Origin: Bugula neritina
Lineage: Eukaryota > Animalia > Bryozoa
Assembly (NCBI GenBank): GCA_964035545.1
Contig: OZ037765.1
Span: forward strand, 29,015,504-29,079,503
Length of the DNA stretch: 64,000 bases
Direction of reading: 5' to 3'
Shown here: positions 26,040 through 40,500 of the stretch, piece by piece
How the letters are laid out: each line of letters opens with the position of its first letter
Position numbering within the stretch: position 1 is the stretch's first letter
Made by a program: the position numbers and the translations under genes
Notes under the pieces: generated by a model
Database searches by the model: none
What the model saw: only the letters and a program-made list of their open reading frames with translations
Told to the model about the DNA's origin: nothing

Positions 26040-26540
26040 CCAGGTCGACAACTATGGCTATGGCTATGGGGATATGCATTATCATAATGGTTATAGTTAG
26101 TGATACTAATACTAACCTTTACACACCAAGAATGAGACTGACAATAACCGAGTAACTGCAGGTGCAAATAACTCTAACATTTACATTAACTCTATGTTAA
26201 AGTTGATTTTAAGAGTAAGACTAAGAGTAAATGTAAGTTCAAGTTCAATACTAATAATAATTATAATACTAATAGTAATAGTAATACTAATACTAGTAGT
26301 TATAGACTTATAGTATTTCAATGAAACCAAAAGTGAAACTAAATAAGCAAATAGTAATACTAATACTATAACTATAAGTATAACTAATACTATAGTATAA
26401 GTATAAGTATAACATTAACTTTAAGTTTAACTATTACTCAACTCTTAGTATTTGAATTTCAGTATTTCAATTAGCTTTAGCTTATTTACTTTTAGTTTCA
26501 TCCCTTAGTAAAACTAAATGCATATTGAAAGTACTAAACT
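26040..26540. repeat. cryptic drifting-hexamer (6-bp periodic) tract
   Basis: e.g. AAGAGT AAGACT AAGAGT AAATGT AAGTTC AAGTTC AATACT AATAAT AATTAT AATACT AATAGT AATAGT; neighbouring units are similar with no fixed consensus. Confidence 0.75.
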
Positions 26541-26544
26541 GACC

Positions 26545-26900
26545 TTAGCAAAGAACAATGTGGTGGTAGCCGTACTCGTAGCGAGTGTGACTAAACACCT
26601 CTACTTTGAGTCTTCTAACTAGTAATCCCAGTTTCAGCAGCTCTAGCGTTACTGTTGGTGGTAATAATCCGTCTGCATTACGGCGTGCGAATGTTTTCGG
26701 AAATTTTTTGTGCCACGTGCTCATTGCGATTGTCCAACTGGACCCGCCTTCATCTGTTTACTGGAAAAATTAGTCAACAAGAGAGAATAACTCCTAAAAA
26801 TTCAATGTACCACTAAGCAGAAGAAGATAACTTACCGCTTCACTTATACATTTTGTTCCCAGAGTTGTTGTGGATAAACTTTTATCAACACTGTTTGTAA
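26545..26900 (-). other. putative 5' UTR exons of the ABCG gene (about 26900-26836 and 26760-26545)
   Basis: Minus-strand donors AAGCG|GTAAGT (26835) and CTAAG|GTCAGT (26544), acceptor ATTTTTCCAG (26770-26761); locally CpG-richer. The upstream boundary is a guess. Confidence 0.5.
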
Positions 26901-27320
26901 TCATGTTTAATTTTTATATAAATCAAATTATAGAGCTGTCAAATGCTTAAATAGGAGCATCTATTTAAGGCTATATGATTTTATTTGCGTCAAATATCTT
27001 ACAACTTTATCTTACCCTATGAACCAAAATGTTTAAGAGTCATCTTACCAATAACTGAACATTGCAACACCGCGTGTGTTGAGTTAACATGATGGTTTAT
27101 GCATTATTTTGATAGCTATATTAATTTTGTAATAATAAAATGTTACGAAGCTTGCCACGTGGTTTAAGCAGACCAAAGCCATCTGATATAATTTGAAGGC
27201 ATAGCTATTACTACTACACAAAGTCACCCACACGCATAAATTTAAGCAGTTAAAAATATTACAGACAATTATTATTGTCATTTAAATGATTTATATGGCT
27301 AAGAAGTTATTGTGCTTATA
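26700..27320 (-). promoter_or_regulatory. inferred ABCG promoter region with two TGCCACGTG boxes
   Basis: TGCCACGTG at 26711-26719 and 27153-27161; CpG-containing segment bracketed by the two hexamer-periodic tracts and overlapping/upstream of the putative UTR exons. Confidence 0.4.
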
Positions 27321-28030
27321 CTAGTAGTAGTTATAGGTTTGTAATCAGAGCCATTTTGATTGACTAATAGTAATAGTAATTTATACTATTTAGTATTTAT
27401 AGTATCACATTCAGTGATTCACTATCAGTATCAGTATTGCTATTACTATTAGTATTAGTATTACTATTAGTACTACTATTATTATTAATTTTAATTATAA
27501 TTGTACTTGAAGTCAATCTTACAATTTAAATTATATTTATACTTAATCTTATAGTATTATATTTATTGCATAGACTCACTCAGTCTCACTAGAATTTCTG
27601 GCAGAAGTAGAACTCTACAAGTAGAACTAATTTAACTACTACTAGAAGTAGAAGTAGATCTGTCATCAGCATTTCAATTTAAAATTCAAAGTGATATAAT
27701 TATATTCAATAAAGTATAAACAGTATTTATTTTTAATAATAAGTAAATAGCTTCACTAATTGGTAGGCTATTGATTTACTTTTAGATTAGGATTGTCATA
27801 ATAATATTCATTAAAATTACATTCTAATTACTATTAGTATTACTATATTAGTACTATTATTATTAAGACAAATATTAGGATTATGAAAGTGAATGAGCAT
27901 CAGCATGGTAACTATTAATATTAACTATTATGGTATTGTATTTATGGGTGTACTAATATAACTGATTATAAACAATCTAATATTTATGCAAATACTAATA
28001 GTAATAGTAATACTAATACTAATATGCTTG
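27320..28030. repeat. cryptic drifting-hexamer (6-bp periodic) tract
   Basis: e.g. ACTATC AGTATC AGTATT GCTATT ACTATT AGTATT AGTATT ACTATT AGTACT ACTATT; AGAAGT AGAAGT AGATCT; AATACT AATAGT AATAGT AATACT. Confidence 0.75.
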
Positions 28031-31000
28031 GTATGGATTATGCTGTATTTTTCAAAAGGTGTAGCTAGAAGAGAAATTGTAAGATCAAAAAGTTTGGACT
28101 GTTACTTTAAAAGAGATAAAGTTAAAAACTATCAACAATTCTTAAACATAAACAAGCTATTAACAGGGATAAAGCAAGCAAAATAAAAAATAGTAAAATT
28201 CCAAGTCACAACACTGAAAGGACATCAAATTACTATTAGCAAAACAACCATTTAAATAAGGATACAGACTACCCTATTACTGCTGCTCATTATTAGGTTT
28301 CACTAACAAAATGAAAATGTAAAATGAATATTAATTGTAAGCAAAAAAGTTGCAATGCAAAATGTGACAGTAAAATGAAATAGTATTTTCTGTTTCAAGC
28401 AAATTTAGCAATTTGCTTTCACAAAATGAATACCAAAAATATGGAGCTGGGTAAGTGCAGGTTGTAAAATGGATCTGTGCAAAGTACCTAAATATTCGGC
28501 ATGCTTATAAATTTGAGAAAATACATGAGTCAAATCTATTAGAAAATCATATTACTCAAACCAGTAAACCACCTTTGCAGTGATAAGTAGGATAATTTAT
28601 ATTGTACTGTCAGTTAATTGGGTAGCTTAAAAAAATAAAAGTAGAAAAAATAGCTTTAAAAGCTGAAAAAATTATGGCTGTAGTGGGTAATTGTAGTACC
28701 CATTGTGTGAAAAGCACTAGGGGCATTAGATTCAACTAAAAAAGTTATGCCATACGTGAAAATGGAAAGGAAGAACGGAAAAAGAATCGGATTAAGAACA
28801 TTTTCTGTGCCGTTAAGGTCATCGGCGCATTAAAAATAGTGCATGAAGTTTAGCTGGATTTGATCTAGGTATGGAGTCAGCTTCTAGTTGTGAACTAATT
28901 TAAAGGAAAAGCTTGTTGAGTCAGCGAAGAAAGCAAGTTGTAACCTTTTAATTTTATTGCATAGATGAATTAATAATAGTAATAAATTTGTTTTAATGCA
29001 ACTCATGATTAATTGTGAATACCACATGGTTCACTAGATGCTACACTTTTATGAGAGTAATTATAAGCAAGCCTTTATGATTAATAATGAATACAAGGTA
29101 TATATTGGTAACTAAATTAATACTTATGGTGTAATATCCATGTACTTAAATACATTAAATTGGTGCTGCTCTGGCTATGAAATCAGACTATAGCTTTGCA
29201 GAAAAATTAAGCAAGCAAGCATTTTTAGTTGAGAAAAACTGTCGATTGGATTAATGCAGCCTTATAGTAAACATTGAGGTGTAAATTTTAATTTATAGAA
29301 ATACATCACGGCAATTTTAGTTGTTTTACTCTTCAAAATTATCATGCTCAACTTAACATTGGCTCGCTTTTTCAGACATTTCTATAATATAAATTTAAGT
29401 TCTTGAAAAAATTCTTTTATAATAAACGCAACCCTAAAGTAGAAATCTAACCATAATTAGAAAAAGCAAAATTCTTTTACCAGCTAATCTGTAGTTTTTC
29501 AAAAATGTTCTCAGCACAGCTATTTTTTTATCAAAATGACTTTTAAGCCAAGGTAAACTATCTTTTAGGCTACATATATATTAGCCCATTAATATATATT
29601 GTACCAAGCTCTCAACCTTAAGCTTTGAATAGGTAGATTAGTCTATAATAACTGTTTGCACTAATTAGACAAATCAGTTTTCTTAAAGAAACAAACACAT
29701 TTTTACATCCTTTTGTTTCTGCATTAGTTGTTGTGGTAATCAACCCTAGCATTAATTCTAAGTCATAGGTAGCTCTATATTTCTCTTCAATAATACAGTC
29801 TATTTGCATAACTACACTGCCTCTCCCATCTGTTTACTTTCTTTTGTCATTAAGAAATTAAGCATATTAGTGCTTAATTCAGTTTAAATGATCGGATTAG
29901 GTTTAATCAGGATGCTAACTCTAAAACTAAAAATATAACATTCTAGGTCATTACAAGCCCTTGTAGCATTAAGGTGCAAGTCGAATTATGGAATATTAAA
30001 ATTTGTTTCTGTGAGCATCTCCATTCAAATTTATAAAATCGGTCTTTAACTATTTTTAAGTAGTGGTTTATTTCATGATATTCTTATAATAATTTCCACC
30101 AGTAACGGAACCACCAAGAATATGGACTATTTTCCACGTGCTTTTTTTTATAGATTTGTTGATTTATTTGAAAGATATTCTTATTTTTTGGCATCTAATT
30201 GTAGTATTGATCAAGAATTTTGAAGAGCAATACTGAATTTAAGCAGGGGGGGGGGGGGCACATCAAGTGATTTCCAAACCAACCACTGGCAAAAATAGAG
30301 CTGTCTTGTCCAGATTTTGTTTGGTCAATGTTCTAATTGGCCGGGCAATAGGTATACCGATTATAATTTTGCTACTGTACCAAAACATGCAAGACTTTAG
30401 TCTCCTAGGTTTAAATTAGATACACTATAGGCTATAGCATATAACAATCTTGCTGTATGAATACCTCCAACCTGCCACTCATTTTCATTCTTTTTATGAT
30501 CTCATTTTATATCTTAATAACTTTATTGGCTATTGCCAGTCTAAGCACTCTTAAGTAGCTAAATATCAATAATAGGCTCCTATTAGCTACATTTTCTTGG
30601 CATCAGATAAAAGAGTCATTCTCTTTTGTATTTTAATAATTAAAATTTATTGATTAAAAATTGTCTTAATATTATGATTTGGTTTAATGGCCAAAGTGCT
30701 TACATAGTCCATATAACCTGCACATGATTTGTTTTGAAATATGGATGATGTTTATTTTTTGCCAAGTTTGTTGTTGATAATTAATGTATGGAGGTGAATA
30801 TAAAGTTTGTGTAACAGAATTTCCCTTCTTCGGTCTAGGCTACCTATTTACAACACTATTTATTAAAAATTCTCACAATCAATGAGCCAGCAAGTAAGCT
30901 GTCTACATTGAACAATTTTCCTTTATGCTTATGTTCCCTGATAGCATCTTCACAATGTGTGTCTTAAGTGCGCCACATCATCTTTTCCTTTTCATTTAAT

Positions 31001-31539
31001 TCACACAAAAAGATAAGCAGGTGAGATCCGAATTAACTATCAATCACTGCTGTGAAAGGGTAGGCACCACTATTGATAGTCTTTATACCGATTGTCTTCA
31101 CGTGTAGGGTAGCTAGGGGAAGTGTGATAGGCTGGGATATATTATTAACCAATGACCTTTAACCGCAACTGGCTGCTTTGAGAATAATCTAGTCAAGTGC
31201 TATTTCACTTGCAGGTCTGAGCACAACTCAAAGGGTCTTCCCTATTATTTAGCAAACAGTTTGTAAATTTGAATGCTCGACTAAAATAGAAAATTCTTCA
31301 GTACTTTTAAGTAACTTTAATAATCTAGTTGAAGATAAACTAGAAACTTTTATGTTATTACACCAGTGACACATTTTTTAAAGAAAAACAAGGTTATACA
31401 ATTATATCATTATTATTATAAATAGCATTCTGATTTTACCAGTCACAAGTGTAACACATCAAATCAGATAAACTGTTGGAGATTCTAATCTGATTTCACT
31501 TCTGAAAGGTTATACCTGGTTGGAACCACTGTTGCAAGA

Positions 31540-34500
31540 ATGGGCTTACTAAGACTCTCGATTATACTTTGGACAATCTGTGCAGGTATTGTGCTATCTT
31601 AATTCTAATGTTCTCCAATAACTTAGTATAATGTTTAATGTTATTTCATAAGTATATATTTTTTGCTTTGCTTTACAACTAATGACTAATCATAAGTAGA
31701 TTTGTATAATAATACTGGCATAGAACTAGGAGTGCTGCAAATGTAAGTCAATGTGAGAATATAAATTTAAAGTGTGTAACAGTATTTGTAGAAACATGTG
31801 ACAATTGTGTATTTTACTGTCCTAGAACTACCATTTAGACTAGATTTGCCTGGTTACAATCTATAACTGTTTTGCCCCTATGTTCCACAATTAGCTGATA
31901 ATAATCTTGAAGCAGGCTATTTTTGTGAAATAATAATGGTATAATTCAAATTCTCTAAAATAGGCTATAAAATGCTGGTTTAAATACTTTTCAAATTTCA
32001 GTCTAAGCATATCCAGCACCCAAATATTGGGGCTTGATATTTTAGTTCTTCAGCTTTACTTCAGGGTGCTGGTGCCACTACCCCAACAGGACTAGTACTT
32101 ACTCTTAGGCTAATGAATAACCAGGGTACAACTTTTTATTTTGTTTATACCCATAAATATCGAATAAAGATGTTGTAAATCATAAATGTCATTAACTGTA
32201 AACTTCAATATTAAACCTTGAGTAATTCAATTGTTGATGCTAATATGTCATAAAATAACCTATTGGTCACTCTTGCATCATATTGGTTGTTATTCTAAAT
32301 TTAATCAACATAATATTAATCAACTTTTGTTATTTGGAAATTGTGAAGAATAATGCAAGACTAAATTTGTAAACTTTGTAATATTCCTATAGCTTTTAAA
32401 TAGGCTCTCTAAAACAGAACCCAAATTTTATAACTTCAGCCCGCCCAAGGAACGAGAAATTTGTAAAAAATATCACTGGGGGAGGGCGGAAGAAAATACT
32501 AATCAGTCTTGTGTCCTAATTTGTAAGTTGCCAACTATAAGCTTACTTTGTTCAACTCAACACTGTAATGTGTGGTACCAGCACATTCCCTCAGATATTT
32601 GCTCACCGTGTGATTAATAAAGGAGGGGGCTATTTTATTGTAAAATTTATTAGGTGTAGAAAAGTCAGTTATACTTTAAGATCACAATATAATGGTTTTT
32701 ATGCTTTAAGTTTGGCTGCTTTATTTCACATATAAGAGCTTTTGAGCCATAGTTATCCACCTAAAGTAATGCTATAAATGAAAAAGCTGCAAGTCTTTAC
32801 CAGTACCTTAAAAATTTGTGAAATTGCGATGATCTCTATAAATAGTTGGGTTAGATTTAGACTAATAAAGAAGGGTTCTTTGTAATCTGCCTGCCGCAGA
32901 TATTGTTTCAATTTTCTCAATTAGGCAAAATATGTAACATATGGCCAGCGTTAGCTATTGTTGGATTGAAGCCTACTTATATGTGTAGAAGTAGGCTACT
33001 AGCACTCGAAGTGAATAAGAATTATAGCTTGTAACCATCAACCTGTCTCGAACAGTTGTGGGACTGTAATATTGAAGCTGTCAAAGACAGCATCTTTGTT
33101 ACAGACCACTTGAAAAAAATCTGTTGAAAGTAATTCTCATCAAGAATAGAGTAGTGCTGATTGGAGATTGTTACGTTCATGGAGACTAGTTTTATATTAA
33201 AAAGCATTGATCTTTATAATGATTTACAAGGACAGCTTAGCTGGCATCCAATTAATTAAGAACCTTGCTTATAGGCTATAAAAGGGAGGGTTGGCAGGCC
33301 TCTAAAACACTTCAAATGATGTGATAAACTCTTGCTGGCTCACTTTATTACCCAGATTTACACAATTAATCTAAATTAATCCTGTTTCATCTAAAAGCTG
33401 CCCAAGATTGGATGCTTGTCAATAACATAACCTTTGGATGTTTATGTAATCACCCCTGTGAATACTACAGTACAACGTTCGCTGCTTTTAATTTGCATGG
33501 TTATGGTGGCTCACATGATCTTCCAATGCATGATACTTTCACTGTGAGTTAAAAGTTGACACTGTCTTGAAGATATGTTGGAAAATAGGGGTCTCTTCAT
33601 CACTGAACATATAATAAGAGTATTTACAATACACTAATGGTTGTAAAGAAAGCATGTCATATTTGCGTGTTTGTGTACATAGGATAAAGATGTTTGCTAT
33701 CATACAACCTATGAATAAATCATTAAACCTAACTAGGCTGACTTCTGACAATTGCAATCAATGCAATACCAATTTACCCAATAATATTGCATTGATGAGA
33801 AAGAATGAATATCATGGTAAAGTTATTTGCTTTTAGCCAATGCTCTTCTAACCCAAATTTTTATTCCTGCAGATATTTTATTTTAAACTTTTCTTATTTT
33901 AGTTCCTCAATGTAGTTTATATTATATAGTGTATACTGTAATCTAGTAGGTTTGGTTACAAGTATAGCTCTATATTACATGTTCTTACTCTAGTAATTAA
34001 AGGGTTGTTGTATGTATTTATAATTAGAAATTATTATTTTATTATGTTCACTATTCATTATTGCTACAGAATGGGTTTGCAGCAAACTTGTACAAATCTA
34101 CTGATCTGCCCAAGTCTAGTTAGCTAGATTATCAGCAGCTTTAGACTTCCTCACTGTCTACTTTATGTATATCCATGGGTGTTTATCTAATGTAGTTGGA
34201 GGTCAAGAATATACTATTGAAGCCCAGGATGAACTGCTTATTGAAAGGAAGATAGGAGAGTCGGTTACTGTTGAGGCGACTGTAAGCCCACCAGTGCCCA
34301 ACGATCAACTCAGCATTCTCTTCTGGTCTATCCGGTTGCTTGGCCGAGTTCCTCTCAATTCTAATAATACCAATTTCATACAGACCTATGATCCGGTCGA
34401 TGGTTAGTGCTGAAGTTATTATCTTTCAAACTTAAAAATAGGGTTGACATATGAAATGTTTAAACTTACAAAATCACACAAACTCTCACAGTTATATCTC

Positions 34501-37500
34501 ATAGACTCTGGACTTTTTAAGCATTAGAAAAGAAGTCACTAATGAATATATTTAGCACATTTAGATGCATTACATTTTCTTGTGTCACATAGGCCAATTT
34601 TTATTTAGAGTCACTGCAAGTGCCTGGCAAGCGCTTGCTGGTGTGCTGAGTGTACTAATTAATCTCCAAAACATAGCACCAATGTGATGAGTGACAGACG
34701 AAAGGTGCACCCATCTCCTTAGTGTACTCACTCATGTGGCAATGAGTTGATGTGTGCTATTGTTGGAGTGAAATCAAACTTAAACTTATTTCTCTGTGGA
34801 TTTTGTGTTTGCCTTCAGTCAAGTCAATTGCTCATTGGTATACCTTAAGCACCGAATAAGCAAACAACTTATTATGCAGTTAAATGTGAGAAATATTGAT
34901 TAACCTGCTGTTAAATTCATAAAACTTTTAGTCCCTTGAAAAAACCACATAATGGATGAATTTACTAAAATAACAACTCTATATCTTGGGAAATGGTGCA
35001 TCACATCCTAGCAGTTATCAAATCAATGGTTTGGCTTTTAGTAGCTTCACAATAGAGTCAATTCAAAGCCGTGTTTGACGATGTAGAATCAACACGCTCT
35101 TTTTTATATTTTGCTTTGAAATTTGCCATTAAATATATTGATTTAGACTGGTTAGTGCAAGTATAACTTAAAAACTTCAAAAAGCTAAAACGGTTTTGCT
35201 CAAATATTGCAATTAAGACACCTTAAACTTCTAAATAATTTCATATGGCATAAGTTTTAATAGAGATTCACGAGAACAAAATGTAGAACTACAGTTTTAG
35301 CTTAGACAATGGCACACTTATGTTTTAATAATTATTTCACTTGTATAGTACTCTGTCTGTAGTGTATGTAATGTAGTGGTTAGTGGTTAGATAATTTACC
35401 ACATTCATGTAAGTATAGTTAACCCAACTACACAACTTATAATTGTTAAATAGCTACTTAAAACCATATGTTGGCATTGATATAAATAGCAATGTCTTGA
35501 TCTTTATGTTTATTGTGAATTCGTGGGTTTAAAATCGATGGGAATGTAATATTCTACTCAACTTTTCTAAGAGATCTCCATTTAGCTTGCTCATCTATTT
35601 TCAGCTTCATGTATTTTAAACAATACTTATAAAAGATATCAACTATGGAGTATATCCAAGTATTGAAAAGCTTTTAGTTTGTGTCCTTTTATATAAAATT
35701 TTTAGTCCTTAGACAAGAGAGCTTGTTTGTCTTTAAGCAGTCATAAGACTCTTGATCTGAGTGATGTCCTTATTTCTCCTCGTCCTACGGTGAAAACTTG
35801 ACTTCGAACTGTTGGGAACACCTGTGTAACACGCTGCCTTATTCACCTGGGTTTTATTAAAATAATTTCATTTGTGTTTTATTTGCAGGGAAGGTGAGTC
35901 TGACAGTTAGATCTTTACAGAAGAACTTCAACGGCACGTATATACTCCAGCTCTATGACGCAGTTAATGCAAAGTATGCTCACAGCGCTACCATCAACGT
36001 GGTTGTACTAGGTATCTGCTCTTTTCTCCCAACTCTTATCTCCACCTGTAACATTTAAACTCGATATTCAATTGTTGGGTTTTTTGTTCAAAATAGCATG
36101 TTTGCTTCAAATGTTTTAATAAATCATTTCAATGTGGCTTGTTAACTTCTTTGACTTATTGGTATCTTTATTTATTTGTAAAGGCAGGTAAATTTTCATT
36201 AACTTTTATCAAGAGGTAATTTTCTATGTGTTTTTGCTACGGCCAAGTTTTCTTTTCAATATTCTGATTCCAATCGGTGAAAAAATTGACACCACCACCA
36301 AAGATACTTGAATGTTATCTTGCACCTCATCTAAATACAACTCCTTCTGATTGATGCTGAAGCATTTCTAAAGACTGCCGTGGATAATTCATGCTAATCG
36401 AGATCTTATTATGACAAGCATTGAATAGAGTAGGGTCACCGGATTCCCTATCAACTTGATCAAAATTCGGTGTTTCACGCTATTCCAGAGAATCAGTTAT
36501 ATTTGTAATTATCTGATAATGGTGGCTAACACCAATAGCCGCAATGCACTTCACCAAGTGACTGACCTCCTGTTCCTTTACAGTTCCACCGAGTAGCTCC
36601 TCTATTCAAGGAGGTGATGTGCATACCGCCAAAGCCGGCACTCCTTATGACATGGTATGCCAGGCCTCTGGTAGCTACCCTGAGGTTGAAATCAGCTGGT
36701 TGGAGGGAAGTATTGAGGTTAGTTTGCTGCTATGAATAGAATTCGATTTTAATTGAAATAGCTTTATTGAATTTTTGTTCTTTTTCATCCCCTGGACTGT
36801 TTTGGACTAGTTTGATTTTTCTCGATGTGGATGGAAAATAAAGAGTTGTTGGATAGCCTTAGTTCTTAGTTGTAGCAGTTACCTGTAGCCTGAGAGGCTG
36901 TCTTTCTGTGAAGTAAAACTGTTGCAACCCAAAAACTAAATACCCAGTGCGACAATAAGTTGATTTTCTACACGTAACAGTAAATATACTGTAACAATAA
37001 AAACTGTTGAGTTGTGAAGTTGATGACTTCACTCAACAGTTGCAGATGAAATGTTTCAAATAATTTTAAAAAAAACTCGCCATATAGTCAGGCCATCCAT
37101 TCTCTCATGACTGCACTTGCTACTCAAATTCTCTGCTAGTCACTCAACAGTCTGGGTTTTGTCTACTAGCTGCATATTTGATCGGCAGCCATACTTACTA
37201 GGTATTCTGTTGGGGCTAAAGCAGTGTCAGAACTATTTGACTTTTAACCTTCAATCACTCTGGTTATTATCTTAGAAAACTATGTTTGGCCACCTGTGGG
37301 TGAAGTTGTAGTACAACTTGTTATTAAATATTCTAATTACATAACCTCCTTCTGCATCGCTGACACATTTGTAAAAGTCTGGAATGTAGATACTATAAGG
37401 GAGAGAGTGTAGGAAATTTGGTATTTATTTCACAAAGTTTCCTCCATATATTGGATTAGTTACAATACAGTGGGAAAGTTTCACTGACCCAAGTCTCATA

Positions 37501-40500
37501 AATTTTGGCTGGAAATTCGGATAAAAAAGTGAGTTTTTTTCTGCTTGGGTTCCACTCCAGAAAAATATTTATAGAAGATGCTCTCTCCCCCCCCCCCTTC
37601 ATATTCTTATATGTTATATGCATATAAAGTATATATGCACATAACATATATATTCATATAACATACATATGCATATAAAGGATATATGCATATAGCGTAC
37701 ATAACCACATATATATTTATATTACAGACCTCTGAGTCTCAACAGACCACTGCTGTAATGGGAGATGACAAGTACTATACTACTACAAACACTCTGACTA
37801 TCACCCCAACTATGGCACACCATGGCAGGGAGTACACATGTGTAATATCAGGCAGGCAAATGGATGATGAACAATTCATCACCTCCACCCTTAATGTTCA
37901 GTGTAAGTATCATTTAGTGTATCTGCCTTTAGTTTAGTGTGTCATTTAGTGTAAGTGTCATTTAGGACAAGTTGACTTTTCAGTGTAATGAATAATGAAT
38001 ACATTTTTTCGTAGAAACGTGGAAAATTCAATATTTTGGTATCTGTATAAACAGACACAATGATTGGTTCATCAAATCATCCAATAACTGACTTCCTCTC
38101 TGATAATATACTGATGACATCAATTTTTCTAATTAATTAAACAGCAGCATTTTTTATGTTTTAACTTTACTTCCTGATCTTTTTTTACAAACAAGATAAA
38201 GTTATTGAGATTACTAACAGATAAACAGTATGATGCATCTATATTTTCCAAATACAGGTTGTGAATTTCCTAGTCAGTTCATGTCAACTAATCCGAGAGA
38301 TTAAATATTATTTGTGTTTTCACAATATAAACATCTCTATATCTTTAGTAAGAAACAAATAAAACCCTAGCCTACATTTGTTGGCATATCGCACTGTTTT
38401 ACTGAAACAAGGATACTGTGTAAGCAATTCATTTTGCTCCTAACAAAAAGGATTAAAGTCCTTCTAAGCCACCTAATTCAATACTGAAGTATAATATTTG
38501 TCTTTGTGTCATGTTGATTAAAATTGATTCCAAAGGCAATTGAATTCCAAGTAGTTATTACCCAATGCTATGCTAATGATCAATGTCCATGAGCATGAAA
38601 TTTGCACTATTCCACGTAATATATGAGTATAAACACATATAACTTATATGACTAATAACAAATGTGTGTTTTTTACACATCAGACATTTGAAATTTGGAT
38701 TTTAAAACAGCCAACTAATTGAAAACATTTTGAACACTTTTGTAGTAACTAGTTGTAACATTGCATATTGGTGGTCATGTAAGATGTTTTGTTTTTAAAT
38801 GCTTGCATGTATATTTTATCTGCTGTTAAGGTCAGGAAATGTGAAACATTATCTATTTCACATAAACATTGAATAAACTACTTGATTGCCACTCCCATTG
38901 CTTTAAAGAGCCTCTCTATTTCTCTCAACTGTAGCTAAAACTGTAAATTTTTTGCACAAGTTATTTGGGGAAAGTTGGCATTAACCAATATGAGTTGTTA
39001 CTAAAAACATGCATGTTTTGATGAAAATACAAGTTGTTAGCGTCTTGCTGTGATGAACTTGAAGGCCTTCTGTTGTTTGGATAATTTTATTTCCTGGGCT
39101 CTCCAGTATTTGTTTATATTAGACCTACATGCTGGCATTGAGTAGACAATTTCTGTATTCTCTCTCAACTCTAAAATTATTCTAGGTAATCTGTAATTCA
39201 TTAAATTTAATATATTTCAGTGTTGTTGTGTGGCCTAGCAAATTTTCCCTACACACATGTTAGCACAAGTTATCAAAACAATAATTGAAAGCTGGTCTAT
39301 TAGGTAAAGCATTATAAACACATTTCATATTATATAAATGAGTTGATTTCCATTATTTTCAGATAAAGTTTCTAACTGTTTTTGATCTCTAGTCAATGTG
39401 TGCTGAGACCTCTACTAAATGTAATATCATCTTCTGTAGATGTCCCTGTGGTGAGCATAGCTGCATCCAGTCCCCCACCCTATGCGGATTTACCCTACCA
39501 GACTGAGAACACCGAAGTAACATTTCTGTGCTCCGCTGACGCTCAACCTTCCCAGATCACTTGGAAGTACGTCACAACTCTTTCTGGTTATCAATGTTGT
39601 GAAATATTATGATTGTGTGCTTTGCGTGTCACGTCAGTAATTTTATAAATTTATATTTTATCATTTCAAACTGTATTTTAACACTGGGCGGGTATAGTAA
39701 ATGGAGTTTAAAACAATGTTTTACTCGCGTCATCATCAGAGTAATAGATTAGTATAGCACATTTCACTATTATTGTGGAGGGTGGATGAAAATCAGCTGA
39801 TTAAGAGGAGCTCATATATGAGGAAGTGGTTAAGTTGAGTAACTGGCTGAAAATGTAGGTTACCAAAGGTATAGATAGGTAAAGATGTTGGTGTGTAGGT
39901 GAGGGAAGGTGGTAGGTGAGAGCATTTAGGAGCTAGTAGTGAAGAAATAGAGATAGCCTAAGTTCTTTATCCTTTTTATTAAATTTTGGTTTAGGGCACG
40001 TGGGCAAACTTCTTTTGCTACATTTCTAATCTAGAACACAGGCTTTTCTCAATTTCTCCATTACTGCACCTGCATAAGTAAAAGAAGAGGTGGGTATATA
40101 GGTGAGGGAAGGGGGTAGGTGTATAGGTAAAAGACAGGGTTAGGTATATTATAGACATATAAGTAAGTAAGACATATAAGTGAGTAAGAGAAATGTTGTT
40201 TGGAGTGAATAACCTCTATTGTTTTGAAGGTAGTACATATAATAATGAGTTGAGTAAACTACACATGTGTGTAATATATATAGTACTAATACCTGAGTCA
40301 ATGACTGCCTGCAGATGGTAATAGTATATCCTAGTTTGTATTCACAAGCCTGGTAGACAGACTGCAGGGGCTCATGTTTCCAGTAATTAAATAATTGCAA
40401 TGTTTTATTTACAGACACAACTGATCATATAATTTACTTGCTTATCAACTACCTATTATTTAGAGATTGGATTACTCCGTTGCACTAGGTGTTTGTTTCC

